Positions 29,566 to 38,128 of a stretch of DNA of 64,000 nucleotides are shown one piece after another. Position numbers and translations under genes: made by a program. Source of the DNA: an uncultured Anaerolineaceae bacterium (lineage in GTDB: Bacteria > Chloroflexota > Anaerolineae > Anaerolineales > UBA4823). The notes under the pieces were generated by a model. The model saw nothing but the letters and a program-made list of their open reading frames with translations. It did no database searches and had not been told where the DNA came from. The stretch covers positions 526 through 64,525 of the forward strand of contig CAYQDF010000006.1 in assembly GCA_964416175.1 (NCBI GenBank), read 5' to 3'. Position 1 is the stretch's first letter. Every line of letters begins with the position of its first letter.

Positions 29566-30756
29566 ATGGATAAGAATACGATCCGACTGTTGATCGGCAT
29601 CGGGATCGCTTTTATAGTCATTGTTGGGCTGGTGGGGATAGGCTGCCTGGCTTTGACCTACTTCTACCCGCTTTACGTCACCCGGTCCACGCCTGCAGGG
29701 CTGGAGGCGCTGCACACGCAGGCCGCGCAGACCTTTGCGGCGCAGCTGACACAGACCGCCAGCGCCGCCACGGCGACCGTTCCCGGCCTCTCGCCCTCCC
29801 CGACCCCCCAGCTGACTGCCCAGCCGACGGCAACTCCCACCTCGCCTTTGCCGACGCTGACCCCCACGCCGGTCACACCCACCCCGGTACCCACACCGTG
29901 CTACTGGGCCAAGCTCGAGGGGGACGTAACCGTCAAAGATGGCACAATCTTCCCGCCCGGCGCCCAGTTTACCAAGACCTGGCGTCTGCGAAACATCGGT
30001 TCGTGCGCCTGGACCAGCGACTTTTTGCTGGTCTTCGCCAGCGGCGAGCGGATGTCCGGCCCGCAGTCTTCTCCGATCGGGAGAACCGTCAACCCGGGCG
30101 AGACGATCGACCTGTCGGTGAACCTGGTTGCCCCGACCCAGGCTGGAAAGCACCGCGGCAACTGGCAGCTGAGCACCTCCACGGGCCAGGTGTTTGGCCT
30201 GGGATCGGACCAAAAAGGTCCCTTCTGGGTGGAGATTAACGTGCTCCAGGCGGGTAAATTCGCCTACGATTTCACCTACAACTACTGTACGGCCAGCTGG
30301 AGCACCGCAGCCGGGAACCTGCCCTGCCCCGGCCAGTCAGGCGATGTGGATGGCTTTGTAGTGCTGGAGGAAGCCCCGGTTATCGAGATCAACCGCAAGG
30401 AGAACGAAGCCGGGCTTTGGATGCAGCCTCAGCACACGAATGACGGGTTCATCCGCGGTGAATATCCCGCCTTCAATGTAAAAGCCGGCCACCGCTTCAA
30501 GGCGATTGCAGCCTGTTTAAGTGGGGCTGAGAAGTGCGACGTGATCTTCCGGCTGAGCTACCGGGTCGGAGACGGACAGGATATCCTGATTTGGGAGGGG
30601 CGCGAGACTTACGACGGCTCGTTCACCACCATTGACATCGACCTGACCGCGCTGGCAGGCTTTGATGTCAAGTTCATCCTGAGCGTGCTGGCGAACGGTG
30701 CACCGGACGGCGACCAGGCATTCTGGCTGTTGCCAAGGATCGAGGCAGGTAATTAA
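29566..30756 (+). CDS. Membrane-anchored protein with Pro/Thr linker and NBR1-like Ig domain
   Basis: 396 aa. N-terminal TM helix and PT-rich linker. CYWAKLEGDVTVKDGTIFPPGAQFTKTWRLRNIGSCAWTSDF...GKHRGNWQL resembles the N_BRCA1_IG (NBR1) fold family. Confidence 0.6.
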   Translation: MDKNTIRLLIGIGIAFIVIVGLVGIGCLALTYFYPLYVTRSTPAGLEALHTQAAQTFAAQLTQTASAATATVPGLSPSPTPQLTAQPTATPTSPLPTLTPTPVTPTPVPTPCYWAKLEGDVTVKDGTIFPPGAQFTKTWRLRNIGSCAWTSDFLLVFASGERMSGPQSSPIGRTVNPGETIDLSVNLVAPTQAGKHRGNWQLSTSTGQVFGLGSDQKGPFWVEINVLQAGKFAYDFTYNYCTASWSTAAGNLPCPGQSGDVDGFVVLEEAPVIEINRKENEAGLWMQPQHTNDGFIRGEYPAFNVKAGHRFKAIAACLSGAEKCDVIFRLSYRVGDGQDILIWEGRETYDGSFTTIDIDLTALAGFDVKFILSVLANGAPDGDQAFWLLPRIEAGN

Positions 30757-30784
30757 GAATTGATGCCTGCGCAGTAAATAATCC

Positions 30785-30821
30785 AGGAGTTACGCAGATC
30801 AGGAGAACCTCCTACCAACTG
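30785..30821 (+). repeat. Conserved non-coding element, copy A (core)
   Basis: AGGAGTTACGCAGATCAGGAGAACCTCCTACCAACTG. 34 of 37 columns are identical to 56130-56165. Weaker similarity continues about 45 nt downstream. Confidence 0.7.
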
Positions 30822-31184
30822 CGCAAGTTCTATAATTATTGCGTTCCATCCGGCGGAAGCCTTACGGGATCTGGGTGCGGTGCATCCTATCAACACTGGA
30901 AGCAAACTTTGCCTTTGAAACGGGGTGAGAGAGCTCCAGAGGTGCGCCGCACCTTGATCGCATCGACTCAGAGCTTTTCCCGCCTTCCTCTAATCGAATA
31001 AGACGGGTATACTCCCTTTATTGCCAAAGGGACGACCGAAGACCTGACAACCTGGCTCCGGGCGTGCAATGCCGGCCTCATTCCCCGCGCCTCGAACTTC
31101 GAATCAAATCCCGGCGGATAGCCTCACGATCCTGGCGAAAGGGATACATCCATATCTTGTAAGTTTGATGATAAGGAGGAAAAT

Positions 31185-32633
31185 TTGTACGACGTTCTCG
31201 TGATCGGCGGCGGCCCAGCAGGGGTCACGGCTGCCCTGCGCGCCAGCGAATTGGGCGCCAAAGTGGCTCTGGTCGAACGCGCCCACCTGGGCGGGACCTG
31301 CACCAACGACGGTTGCGTGCCGACCAGGGTTCTGGCCCGGGCAGCCCGCCTGGCGCGCGAATCTGAACAGTTCGCCGATTTCGGGCTGGTGGCGGAGCGG
31401 CCAGCGGTGGATTTCGCCGCCCTGATGAAGCGCACCCAGGAAAAAGTCTACAGCCTGCATGAGAAAAAACAGCTTCTCTATCACCTGAAGGAGGCAGGCG
31501 TGGAGGCTTACATCGCCGTCGGCGACGCGCGGTTCACAGACCCGCACACCGTGACCACGGAAGGGGGGATGCAGCTCGGGGCGGAAAAGTTCATCCTTTG
31601 CGCAGGAGGCCACGCCCGGAGGCTGACCTTTCCGGGGAACGAGCATGCCCTGACGCACAGCGATATCTGGAGGCTTGACCGGCTGCCGCGCTCGGTCATC
31701 ATCATCGGCGGCGCGGCGACTGGCTGCCAGCTGGCTTCGATCTTCGAAGCGTTTGGAGCTCGCGTCGTTATTCTCGAAGTCGCCACCCGCCTGTTGGGGA
31801 TGGAGGATGAGTGTATCTCCCGGGAAGTACACAAAGCTTTTATTGAGCGAGGGATCGAGGTCGTCACCGGTATCGGAGGCGTCGAGCGGATCGAAAAACG
31901 AGCTCGAGAGCTCGTCGTCTGGTACGCTCACCGGGAACAGGCGCGGCAGGCAGCCGCGGAAGCGGTGGTCCTGGCGACAGGCTGGCCGGGAAACGCCGAT
32001 ACGTTGAACCTCCCCGCGGCAGGGGTGCAGAGCGAGCGCGGCTACATTGTGGTGGATGAATATCTAAGGACTTCTGCGCCGCACATCTTTGCAGCCGGCG
32101 ATATTACCGGGCGGATGATGCTGGTGCAAAGCGCTGGTTACGAGGCCCGAGTTGCAGCCGAGAACGCGGTCCTGGGGATGGGGCAGCCATACTCCCACAA
32201 GATCGTCCCTCACGGCGGCTTTACGGATCCGGAATATGGCAGCGTTGGGCTGACCGAGGAGCGCGCTCGCGCTCTGGAGCCAGATTGTGTGATCGCTGAA
32301 GTGCCGTATGCTGCGATGGACCGGGCGATCATCGATGGTCACCCGACAGGATGCTGCAAGTTGATCGTGTCGGGCGAGACGCACCGCATCCTGGGGGCAC
32401 ACGTGGTCGGCGAACAGGCACTCGAGATCATCCAGCTGATCGCTGCTGGAATGGCAGCCGATATGTGGGTCGAACAGCTCGCGGACCTGGAGCTGGCTTA
32501 TCCGACTTATACCGCGATCATCGGCCTGGCTGCTCGCAATCTGGTGAGGGAGTTGGGCGTGATGCCGCTTGCCCCGGAGTGGCGGGCTTTGGGCCGGCCG
32601 CACGCCTCCGAGTGGGAGCGCGGGCCGGATTGA
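31185..32633 (+). CDS. Class I pyridine nucleotide-disulfide oxidoreductase (Lpd/MerA/GR family), atypical C-terminal active site
   Basis: 482 aa, TTG start after TAAGGAGGA. FAD motif VIGGGPAGV. Redox-active CTNDGC. The dimerisation domain has AYPTYTA where the family HPT..E dyad usually sits. Confidence 0.85.
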   Translation: MYDVLVIGGGPAGVTAALRASELGAKVALVERAHLGGTCTNDGCVPTRVLARAARLARESEQFADFGLVAERPAVDFAALMKRTQEKVYSLHEKKQLLYHLKEAGVEAYIAVGDARFTDPHTVTTEGGMQLGAEKFILCAGGHARRLTFPGNEHALTHSDIWRLDRLPRSVIIIGGAATGCQLASIFEAFGARVVILEVATRLLGMEDECISREVHKAFIERGIEVVTGIGGVERIEKRARELVVWYAHREQARQAAAEAVVLATGWPGNADTLNLPAAGVQSERGYIVVDEYLRTSAPHIFAAGDITGRMMLVQSAGYEARVAAENAVLGMGQPYSHKIVPHGGFTDPEYGSVGLTEERARALEPDCVIAEVPYAAMDRAIIDGHPTGCCKLIVSGETHRILGAHVVGEQALEIIQLIAAGMAADMWVEQLADLELAYPTYTAIIGLAARNLVRELGVMPLAPEWRALGRPHASEWERGPD

Positions 32634-32658
32634 GCCGGCATCCGCCCAGGGGTGAGGC

Positions 32659-35229
32659 ATGTCCGAGGATCTAAAGGGTAATATCCTGTCCGGGCCAGAA
32701 GAGAAGGCGGCACCAGTCCAGAACCCGCCGGCAAGGCGCCTTTCGCCGGGCAGGCTGCTGGTGGCCTCTGTCTTTGCCCTGGCGCTCCTGGTATTTCTGG
32801 ATGCGCCCGTGCTCGCCGTCTCATGGAGCTCCAGGCCATTCCTGGGCTTCGTCGTCGAACCAAGCCTGGTGGTCTCGAATGTGGGCGGAGTCATCTGGAA
32901 CGCCCAGCGCCTCAGCATCAACCACCCGGAACGGATCACCCACCTCGATGGCCGGGCGGTGGAGACCAGTGAAGAGTATCTTTCGATAGTATCCAACCTT
33001 ACGGTTGGGGAACCGGTGGAAGTCTGGACGGTCTTTCCAGATGGGACGCAGCGCAAGTACCCTTCCGTCCGCGTGAACATCTTTTCCCCTGTCGATCAGG
33101 TGCTCTTTTTCTGGCTGCCGTACCTGGTAGGGCTGGTTTACCTGGCGATTGGGGGCCTGATCTACCGCCTGCGGGGCGACACCTCTCCCGGACAGGTCTT
33201 CGCCTTCTTCTGCGCGAGCATCGCCGTCGTCATGGGACTGTATTTCGATTTGATCTCGACGCATGCCGGGTCGATCTTGTGGACAATAGCCCTTGCGCAG
33301 GTGGGCGGCGCGGTGATCAGCCTGGCGCTGGTTTTCCCAGAGGAGCTGTTCGCCGGGACCCGGTATACAGCAGTGCGGTATCTGCCGATACTGGTTTCTC
33401 TGGGATTGGCGGTCTGGGGCGTCGTTGCAGTTGTCAATTATAGGGCGAACCCCTGGGAGTATATCGCCGCCTGGCGTTTCAAATACCTCTACGCCGCTCT
33501 CGGGATCCTGGTCTTTATCGGCGTGATGCTCTATCGGCAGGCAACCAGCCAATCCGCTGTCGCCCGCCAGCAGGCACGGGTGATCTTGTGGGGCAGCCTG
33601 TTCGCCTTCACACCGGTGGTCGTGTGGATGACAGCGCCCCTGTTTAGGTTTAATTTTGCCTGGAACCCGGCGATTTTCGTACCCTTTTTACTGCTCTTCC
33701 CTATGGTGATCGCCATCGCCATCCTCCGCTACCACCTGTGGGATATCGACGTCATCGTCAACCGCACCCTGGTTTACGGTGTCCTGTCGCTGCTCCTGGC
33801 GCTGGTCTATTTCCTCACCGTTTTAGTCACGCAGCAGATTTTCCGCGAGCTGACCGGGGAGACCTCGAGTCTGGCGGCGGTGGTCTCGACCCTGGTGATT
33901 GTGGCGATCTTCAACCCGTTGCGGAGAGACGTCCAGGTCTTCATTGACCGCCGGTTCTACCGCCGGAAGTACGACATTGCCAAAACTCTCGAGGCTTTCA
34001 CTCAAACGCTGCAGGAAGAGGTGGACCTCGATCGGGTCATCCAGCGCCTTGAGTCGGTGATCTGGGAGACGATCCTGCCGGCGCATATCCACGTCTGGCT
34101 GCGTTTTGGGGATTCATATTCCGTCTATCGCCCTGCCGGGAGTGTCTTCGAACAGCAAATCAATCCGATCCTGGGATCTCTTACCGTGCCGGTCAGGGAT
34201 CCCCTGGTCGCCTATTTTCAGAACGCCCCGCAGGCAGTGAAAATGGTGGACCTGGAGCTGGAGTCGGCAGGTCTGGGGAAGATGAATGCCGCGGGGGTGG
34301 AGATGATCGTCCCTTTCCTCACGCACGGCGAGCTACTCGGCTGGCTCAGCCTCGGGGCGCATCTCAGCGGCCAGGAATATTCGGCTGATGATCGGATTTT
34401 GCTCTCCAGGCTTGCGATACAGGCTGCGCCTTCCGTGCGGGTGGCCCAGCTGGTCGCTGAGCAGCAGGCAGAGACGTTGAAGCGCGAGCGCCTGGAACAG
34501 GAGCTCGCGCTTGCCCGCCGCATCCAGGTGGCGCTGTTGCCTAAAGAGATGCCAGATCTCTGCAACTGGCGGATGGCCACGCATTATCAGCCGGCGAGGA
34601 CGGTCGGTGGTGATTTCTACGATTTTGTCAGCTTCGACGATGGACGCCTGGGCATCTTTATTGGAGACGTAACCGATAAAGGCATCCCGGCGGCGCTGGT
34701 CATGGCGACCACCCGGACGATGTTGCGCGCGGTTGCCCACAAAGACCTGACCCCCGGGGAGACATTGCGCCGGGTAAACGATCTCTTGCAAGTTGATATC
34801 CCTGCCAATATGTTCGTTACCTGTCTGTATGCCATCCTGGAACCAGAAACGGGTGAGCTGGTATACGCCAATGCCGGACATAATCTTCCTTACTGCCACA
34901 CTCGCCAGGGTGTCGTCGAGCTAAGAGCTACCGGGATGCCGCTTGGCCTGATGGTGAATATGATCTATGAAAACCAATCTTCCGTCCTCGAACCGGGCGA
35001 TTGCGCGATTTTCTACAGTGATGGTCTGGTGGAGGCGCATAACGCCCAGGGTGAGATGTTTGGCACAGGCCGTTTGATCGGCCTGCTTGAAGATGAATAC
35101 GTCGAGAGTGCATCCCTCATCGATCGACTGTTAAAAGAGTTGGGTGACTTCACCGGAGTGGGGTGGGAACAGGAGGATGACATCACCCTGGTGGGAGTGA
35201 AGCGGGGACTGGACGGCGACCAGATCTAG
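32659..35229 (+). CDS. Multi-TM sensor with GAF domain and PP2C/SpoIIE-type phosphatase domain
   Basis: 856 aa. PDZ-like extracytoplasmic segment, about 8 TM helices, a GAF-like region, and a C-terminal SpoIIE domain (GGDFYDF, IGDVTDKGIPAALVMA, FYSDGLVEA). Confidence 0.8.
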   Translation: MSEDLKGNILSGPEEKAAPVQNPPARRLSPGRLLVASVFALALLVFLDAPVLAVSWSSRPFLGFVVEPSLVVSNVGGVIWNAQRLSINHPERITHLDGRAVETSEEYLSIVSNLTVGEPVEVWTVFPDGTQRKYPSVRVNIFSPVDQVLFFWLPYLVGLVYLAIGGLIYRLRGDTSPGQVFAFFCASIAVVMGLYFDLISTHAGSILWTIALAQVGGAVISLALVFPEELFAGTRYTAVRYLPILVSLGLAVWGVVAVVNYRANPWEYIAAWRFKYLYAALGILVFIGVMLYRQATSQSAVARQQARVILWGSLFAFTPVVVWMTAPLFRFNFAWNPAIFVPFLLLFPMVIAIAILRYHLWDIDVIVNRTLVYGVLSLLLALVYFLTVLVTQQIFRELTGETSSLAAVVSTLVIVAIFNPLRRDVQVFIDRRFYRRKYDIAKTLEAFTQTLQEEVDLDRVIQRLESVIWETILPAHIHVWLRFGDSYSVYRPAGSVFEQQINPILGSLTVPVRDPLVAYFQNAPQAVKMVDLELESAGLGKMNAAGVEMIVPFLTHGELLGWLSLGAHLSGQEYSADDRILLSRLAIQAAPSVRVAQLVAEQQAETLKRERLEQELALARRIQVALLPKEMPDLCNWRMATHYQPARTVGGDFYDFVSFDDGRLGIFIGDVTDKGIPAALVMATTRTMLRAVAHKDLTPGETLRRVNDLLQVDIPANMFVTCLYAILEPETGELVYANAGHNLPYCHTRQGVVELRATGMPLGLMVNMIYENQSSVLEPGDCAIFYSDGLVEAHNAQGEMFGTGRLIGLLEDEYVESASLIDRLLKELGDFTGVGWEQEDDITLVGVKRGLDGDQI

Positions 35230-35276
35230 TCATTAATGTCTAGTCCGATGAGTACTTTTTTCCCAACGGAGGATCA

Positions 35277-35305
35277 TTGACTTCTCTTTACGAATGTGCT
35301 ATATT
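35277..35305 (+). promoter_or_regulatory. Strong sigma-70 promoter (TTGACT-N17-TGc-TATATT)
   Basis: Near-consensus -35, 17-nt spacer, extended -10 TG, TATATT. Confidence 0.6.
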
Positions 35306-35311
35306 GATTTG

Positions 35312-35421
35312 TGTGGAGGCAGTGATCCACAGGCTTGGACTGGTCGCACGACCTCCAAGGGAGGGGAGCCTGCGGGGAGCCAATTGCGAAACCGGCCACA
35401 GGTCGGTTTCGTTTGCTTTTT
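35312..35421 (+). ncRNA. Candidate small RNA or cis-regulatory leader of about 110 nt, unclassified
   Basis: Bounded by the promoter above and an intrinsic terminator. Internal helix UGGAGG/CCUCCA (35314-35319 / 35352-35357). G-rich repeat GGGGAGCC x2. No ORF. Confidence 0.4.
35388..35421 (+). terminator. Intrinsic terminator
   Basis: GAAACCGGCC-ACA-GGTCGGTTTC hairpin (one G-U pair) followed by GTTTGCTTTTT. Confidence 0.75.
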
Positions 35422-35685
35422 AACGGTGGCCGTCTGAATTATCTGGTTCGGACCTGACCGGGGCTGTTGAATGGGATTTTGGTCAGGATGTTAGTTTTAT
35501 GATCGAATAGCAAAAATTCTGCTTTTTCCAGGAGAGTTTTCATTGCCCTTCTATCCCGCTGGCTGAGAGCGAGGTAGATCTTGCCCTCTGTGAAAGGAGG
35601 TGAGGCAAACCCCCCGAAGTTGATAACAATGTCTGTTTTAGATTGGTTCAAATTAATCAATTAATCTAGGCGGAGGCAACATACT

Positions 35686-37992
35686 ATGAAACGGCTCGTT
35701 TCTTTGTTCATATTGCTAGCCCTTGTAGCCGGACTGTTCGCGATGCCAGCCCTATCCGGTCCGGTTTCTGCGGGCAATATCTCTTCCAAGGATAGAACCG
35801 TAGACCTGATCGTCAAGACCGATGGGGCCAGCAGTTCGGTAATCAGCAAAGTCAATGCGCTGGGAGGTACAGTAAAATACGCCTATAAGAACGTCCCGGT
35901 CCTGGCGGTCAGAATTCCAGTGGATAACTACCTGGCGCTGCTGAACACCCCGGGGGTCTTGACAATCGTGAAGGACCGGCTGATCTCACTGAGCGCAGAG
36001 GTCGGGTTGAAGGAAAAGCCAGCCCCCGAATCGTATCTGGTGCAGGACGCGGCGGGCATCGCCGTGAAAGCCCTGGATCCGAAATCTCTGGACCTCGCCG
36101 CACTCCCGGAAGGTTACGCGAACTTTATTTACACTGGCGCTATCGACGTCTGGGAAGCGACAGACTTTGGCGCGGGCACCGTGGTGGCGGTAGTTGACAC
36201 GGGCACAGTCCCGAATGTCTGCCTTGCCCACGCAGTGATCGGCGCGCCGGGATTCCCGGATGGCTACAATGCCACCGGCGACGGCGTTCCCGCGACCGAT
36301 CCGCTGAATCACTGGCACGGCACACACGTGGGAGGTGTGATCGCTTCGGCCTGTGCGCTGGATTTCACGAGCGATCCCGGCGATCCGCTCTACCAGGCGA
36401 TCTCTGCCTACCTGCCGTGGTCGGTCGATTTCGTCCCGATCTTAGGCCAGGCGCCGCTCGCCCAGCTTTACCCGGTGAAGGTCTTTGACGTGACTGGCGG
36501 TTCGACGCCCACCTCGGTCATCCTCGATGGGCTCGACCACCTGCTGACTCTCAAGCGGGATGGTCTTTTGGATGTTGATGTGGTGAACATGAGCCTCGGC
36601 GGTTCATCGCTCTACGATGGCAAGGATATCTTCGACACATTCTTGCTCGAATTCCGCAAGGAGCACATCCTGGTCGTGACTTCCGCCAGCAACGATGGGC
36701 CGATCCCGAACAGCATCGGCTCCCCGGCCACCTCCTTCCGGACGCTCGCCGTTGGGGCTTTGGATTATGCACCGTCCTCCCGCGTTCTCTATGAATACCT
36801 GGGCCTCATCTCTGGCCTTGGATCAGGCCAGGGGATGGTGATGCGGCCGACGGATGAAGTGCGGGTGACGAATTTCTCCAGCCGAGGTCCCATGAGTGAC
36901 GGACGCATGGGCCCGGACATCTCCGCGCTGGGTTTGTGGAACTTCCACGCCGGCCCGCAAAATGAACTGCGCTGGGCGGGTGGGACCTCGTTCTCCTCCC
37001 CCACCGTGGCAGGCGGCGCTGCGCTGATCAACTCCTACTACGAGAACAAGCACGGCTCGGATACGCCGATCCATCGCTGGTATAAATCCCTCCTCAAATC
37101 GGCGGATCCCAGCGTGGTCGGCAGCAGCTGGCAGGGAGCGAACGACGTCGGATTCGGCGCCCTGGACATGGTCGCCGCGCTGAAGACCTTCCGCAATCCG
37201 CCAGTCCTCATGGATTACCCGGTCTACACCGGCGAACTCGCGCCGAGCATCCTCGGCGATCCTGTCAAGTTCCAGACGGACGTTTATGAGAGCTCCACGA
37301 TCACTCTGAACCCGAGCGAGACGCACACCGCGGTCTTCTCCATCGCCCCGTTCACCAGCAAGGTGACCATCGAGTTCTTCGATATCGTCGCGCCGGACAA
37401 CTCGGCGTACGCGTACTGGCCGAACGCCCTCGAGGTCCACGTCCAGAGCGCCAAGCGCACGGCTGTAGCCCACCCGGTTGGCCTCTACTGGTATCCCTTC
37501 GCTTACGGGGATGCCTTCTCCATTGAGATCGAAGACGGTCCGTGGACTGTGGCGGGCACTCCCTGGACATACCAGCCCATGGAACCTGGCTTGATGAAAG
37601 TCTCCCTGGTGGGCGACTTCTCGAACGAGTCCCCGGTCAGCTTCAAGATGCGCGTGACGCGGGAGAACGATGGCCTCAAGCGTGGCAGGCTGCTGGCCAG
37701 CTCCGACATCGGAATGGGCGATGCGTTCGTCATCCCGGTGGATGTCCCTGCCGGGCTCAGCTCGGTCACTTTCGACACGGTCTTCACCCGGAACTGGACG
37801 AAGTTCCCCACCAGCGACATCGATATGCTCATCTTCGATCCGGATCTGAACCTGGTCTCGATCGACGGCGCAACCCTGAACGCGCCGGAGCGGGCTGTCA
37901 TCGAGAATCCCGCAGCTGGAACCTGGTACATCTACATCGAAGGATTCGAGATGTACCGGAAGGATCACTTCAAACTCTGGATGAAGAAATAG
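35686..37992 (+). CDS. Secreted S8 (subtilisin-like) serine peptidase with C-terminal pre-peptidase-like domain
   Basis: 768 aa. Signal peptide. Catalytic triad motifs VAVVDTGT, HGTHVGG, GGTSFSSPTVAG. Confidence 0.9.
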   Translation: MKRLVSLFILLALVAGLFAMPALSGPVSAGNISSKDRTVDLIVKTDGASSSVISKVNALGGTVKYAYKNVPVLAVRIPVDNYLALLNTPGVLTIVKDRLISLSAEVGLKEKPAPESYLVQDAAGIAVKALDPKSLDLAALPEGYANFIYTGAIDVWEATDFGAGTVVAVVDTGTVPNVCLAHAVIGAPGFPDGYNATGDGVPATDPLNHWHGTHVGGVIASACALDFTSDPGDPLYQAISAYLPWSVDFVPILGQAPLAQLYPVKVFDVTGGSTPTSVILDGLDHLLTLKRDGLLDVDVVNMSLGGSSLYDGKDIFDTFLLEFRKEHILVVTSASNDGPIPNSIGSPATSFRTLAVGALDYAPSSRVLYEYLGLISGLGSGQGMVMRPTDEVRVTNFSSRGPMSDGRMGPDISALGLWNFHAGPQNELRWAGGTSFSSPTVAGGAALINSYYENKHGSDTPIHRWYKSLLKSADPSVVGSSWQGANDVGFGALDMVAALKTFRNPPVLMDYPVYTGELAPSILGDPVKFQTDVYESSTITLNPSETHTAVFSIAPFTSKVTIEFFDIVAPDNSAYAYWPNALEVHVQSAKRTAVAHPVGLYWYPFAYGDAFSIEIEDGPWTVAGTPWTYQPMEPGLMKVSLVGDFSNESPVSFKMRVTRENDGLKRGRLLASSDIGMGDAFVIPVDVPAGLSSVTFDTVFTRNWTKFPTSDIDMLIFDPDLNLVSIDGATLNAPERAVIENPAAGTWYIYIEGFEMYRKDHFKLWMKK

Positions 37993-38025
37993 CGGGCGAA
38001 GCGGATCTTCCTGATCATCTTTCGT

Positions 38026-38064
38026 GTTCACCCCGGAGCCTTGCTTCCGGGGTGAACCATTTTC
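38026..38064 (+). terminator. Intrinsic terminator after the S8 peptidase gene
   Basis: 12-bp stem GTTCACCCCGGA/TCCGGGGTGAAC followed by CATTTTC. Confidence 0.7.
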
Positions 38065-38128
38065 AGCGGGGTGAACGCACGCCGCATTCCCGACATAAGA
38101 AGATTGCGGCACGGTATAATCCGGGCTG

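Noticed and set aside
30785-30830. tRNA fragment or integration-site remnant. The - strand of the repeated element reads GCGCAGTTGGTAGGAGG, resembling a tRNA D-arm.
   Set aside because: No complementary D-stem, anticodon arm, T-arm (GTTCGAATC) or acceptor stem can be drawn in either copy. No integrase or direct-repeat-bounded island is nearby.
30841-31184. Hidden small or selenoprotein ORF in the 340-bp gap downstream of repeat copy A.
   Set aside because: All three + frames were translated. There is no start-plus-SD combination, no CxxU/CxxC context around the TGAs, and the products are Arg-rich nonsense. It is kept only as a possible non-coding leader.
32631-32681. Stop TGA of the flavoprotein as a possible C-terminal Sec (thioredoxin-reductase-like GCUG).
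   Set aside because: No Gly-Cys precedes the TGA. Read-through would add about 16 non-conserved residues and overlap the next gene start. No SECIS-like hairpin was seen.
35439-35660. 73-aa ORF on the - strand in the AT-rich gap upstream of the S8 peptidase.
   Set aside because: It has a TTG start without an SD, atypical composition, and no recognisable family. It may be a decayed gene remnant, but the evidence is insufficient to call a CDS or pseudogene.
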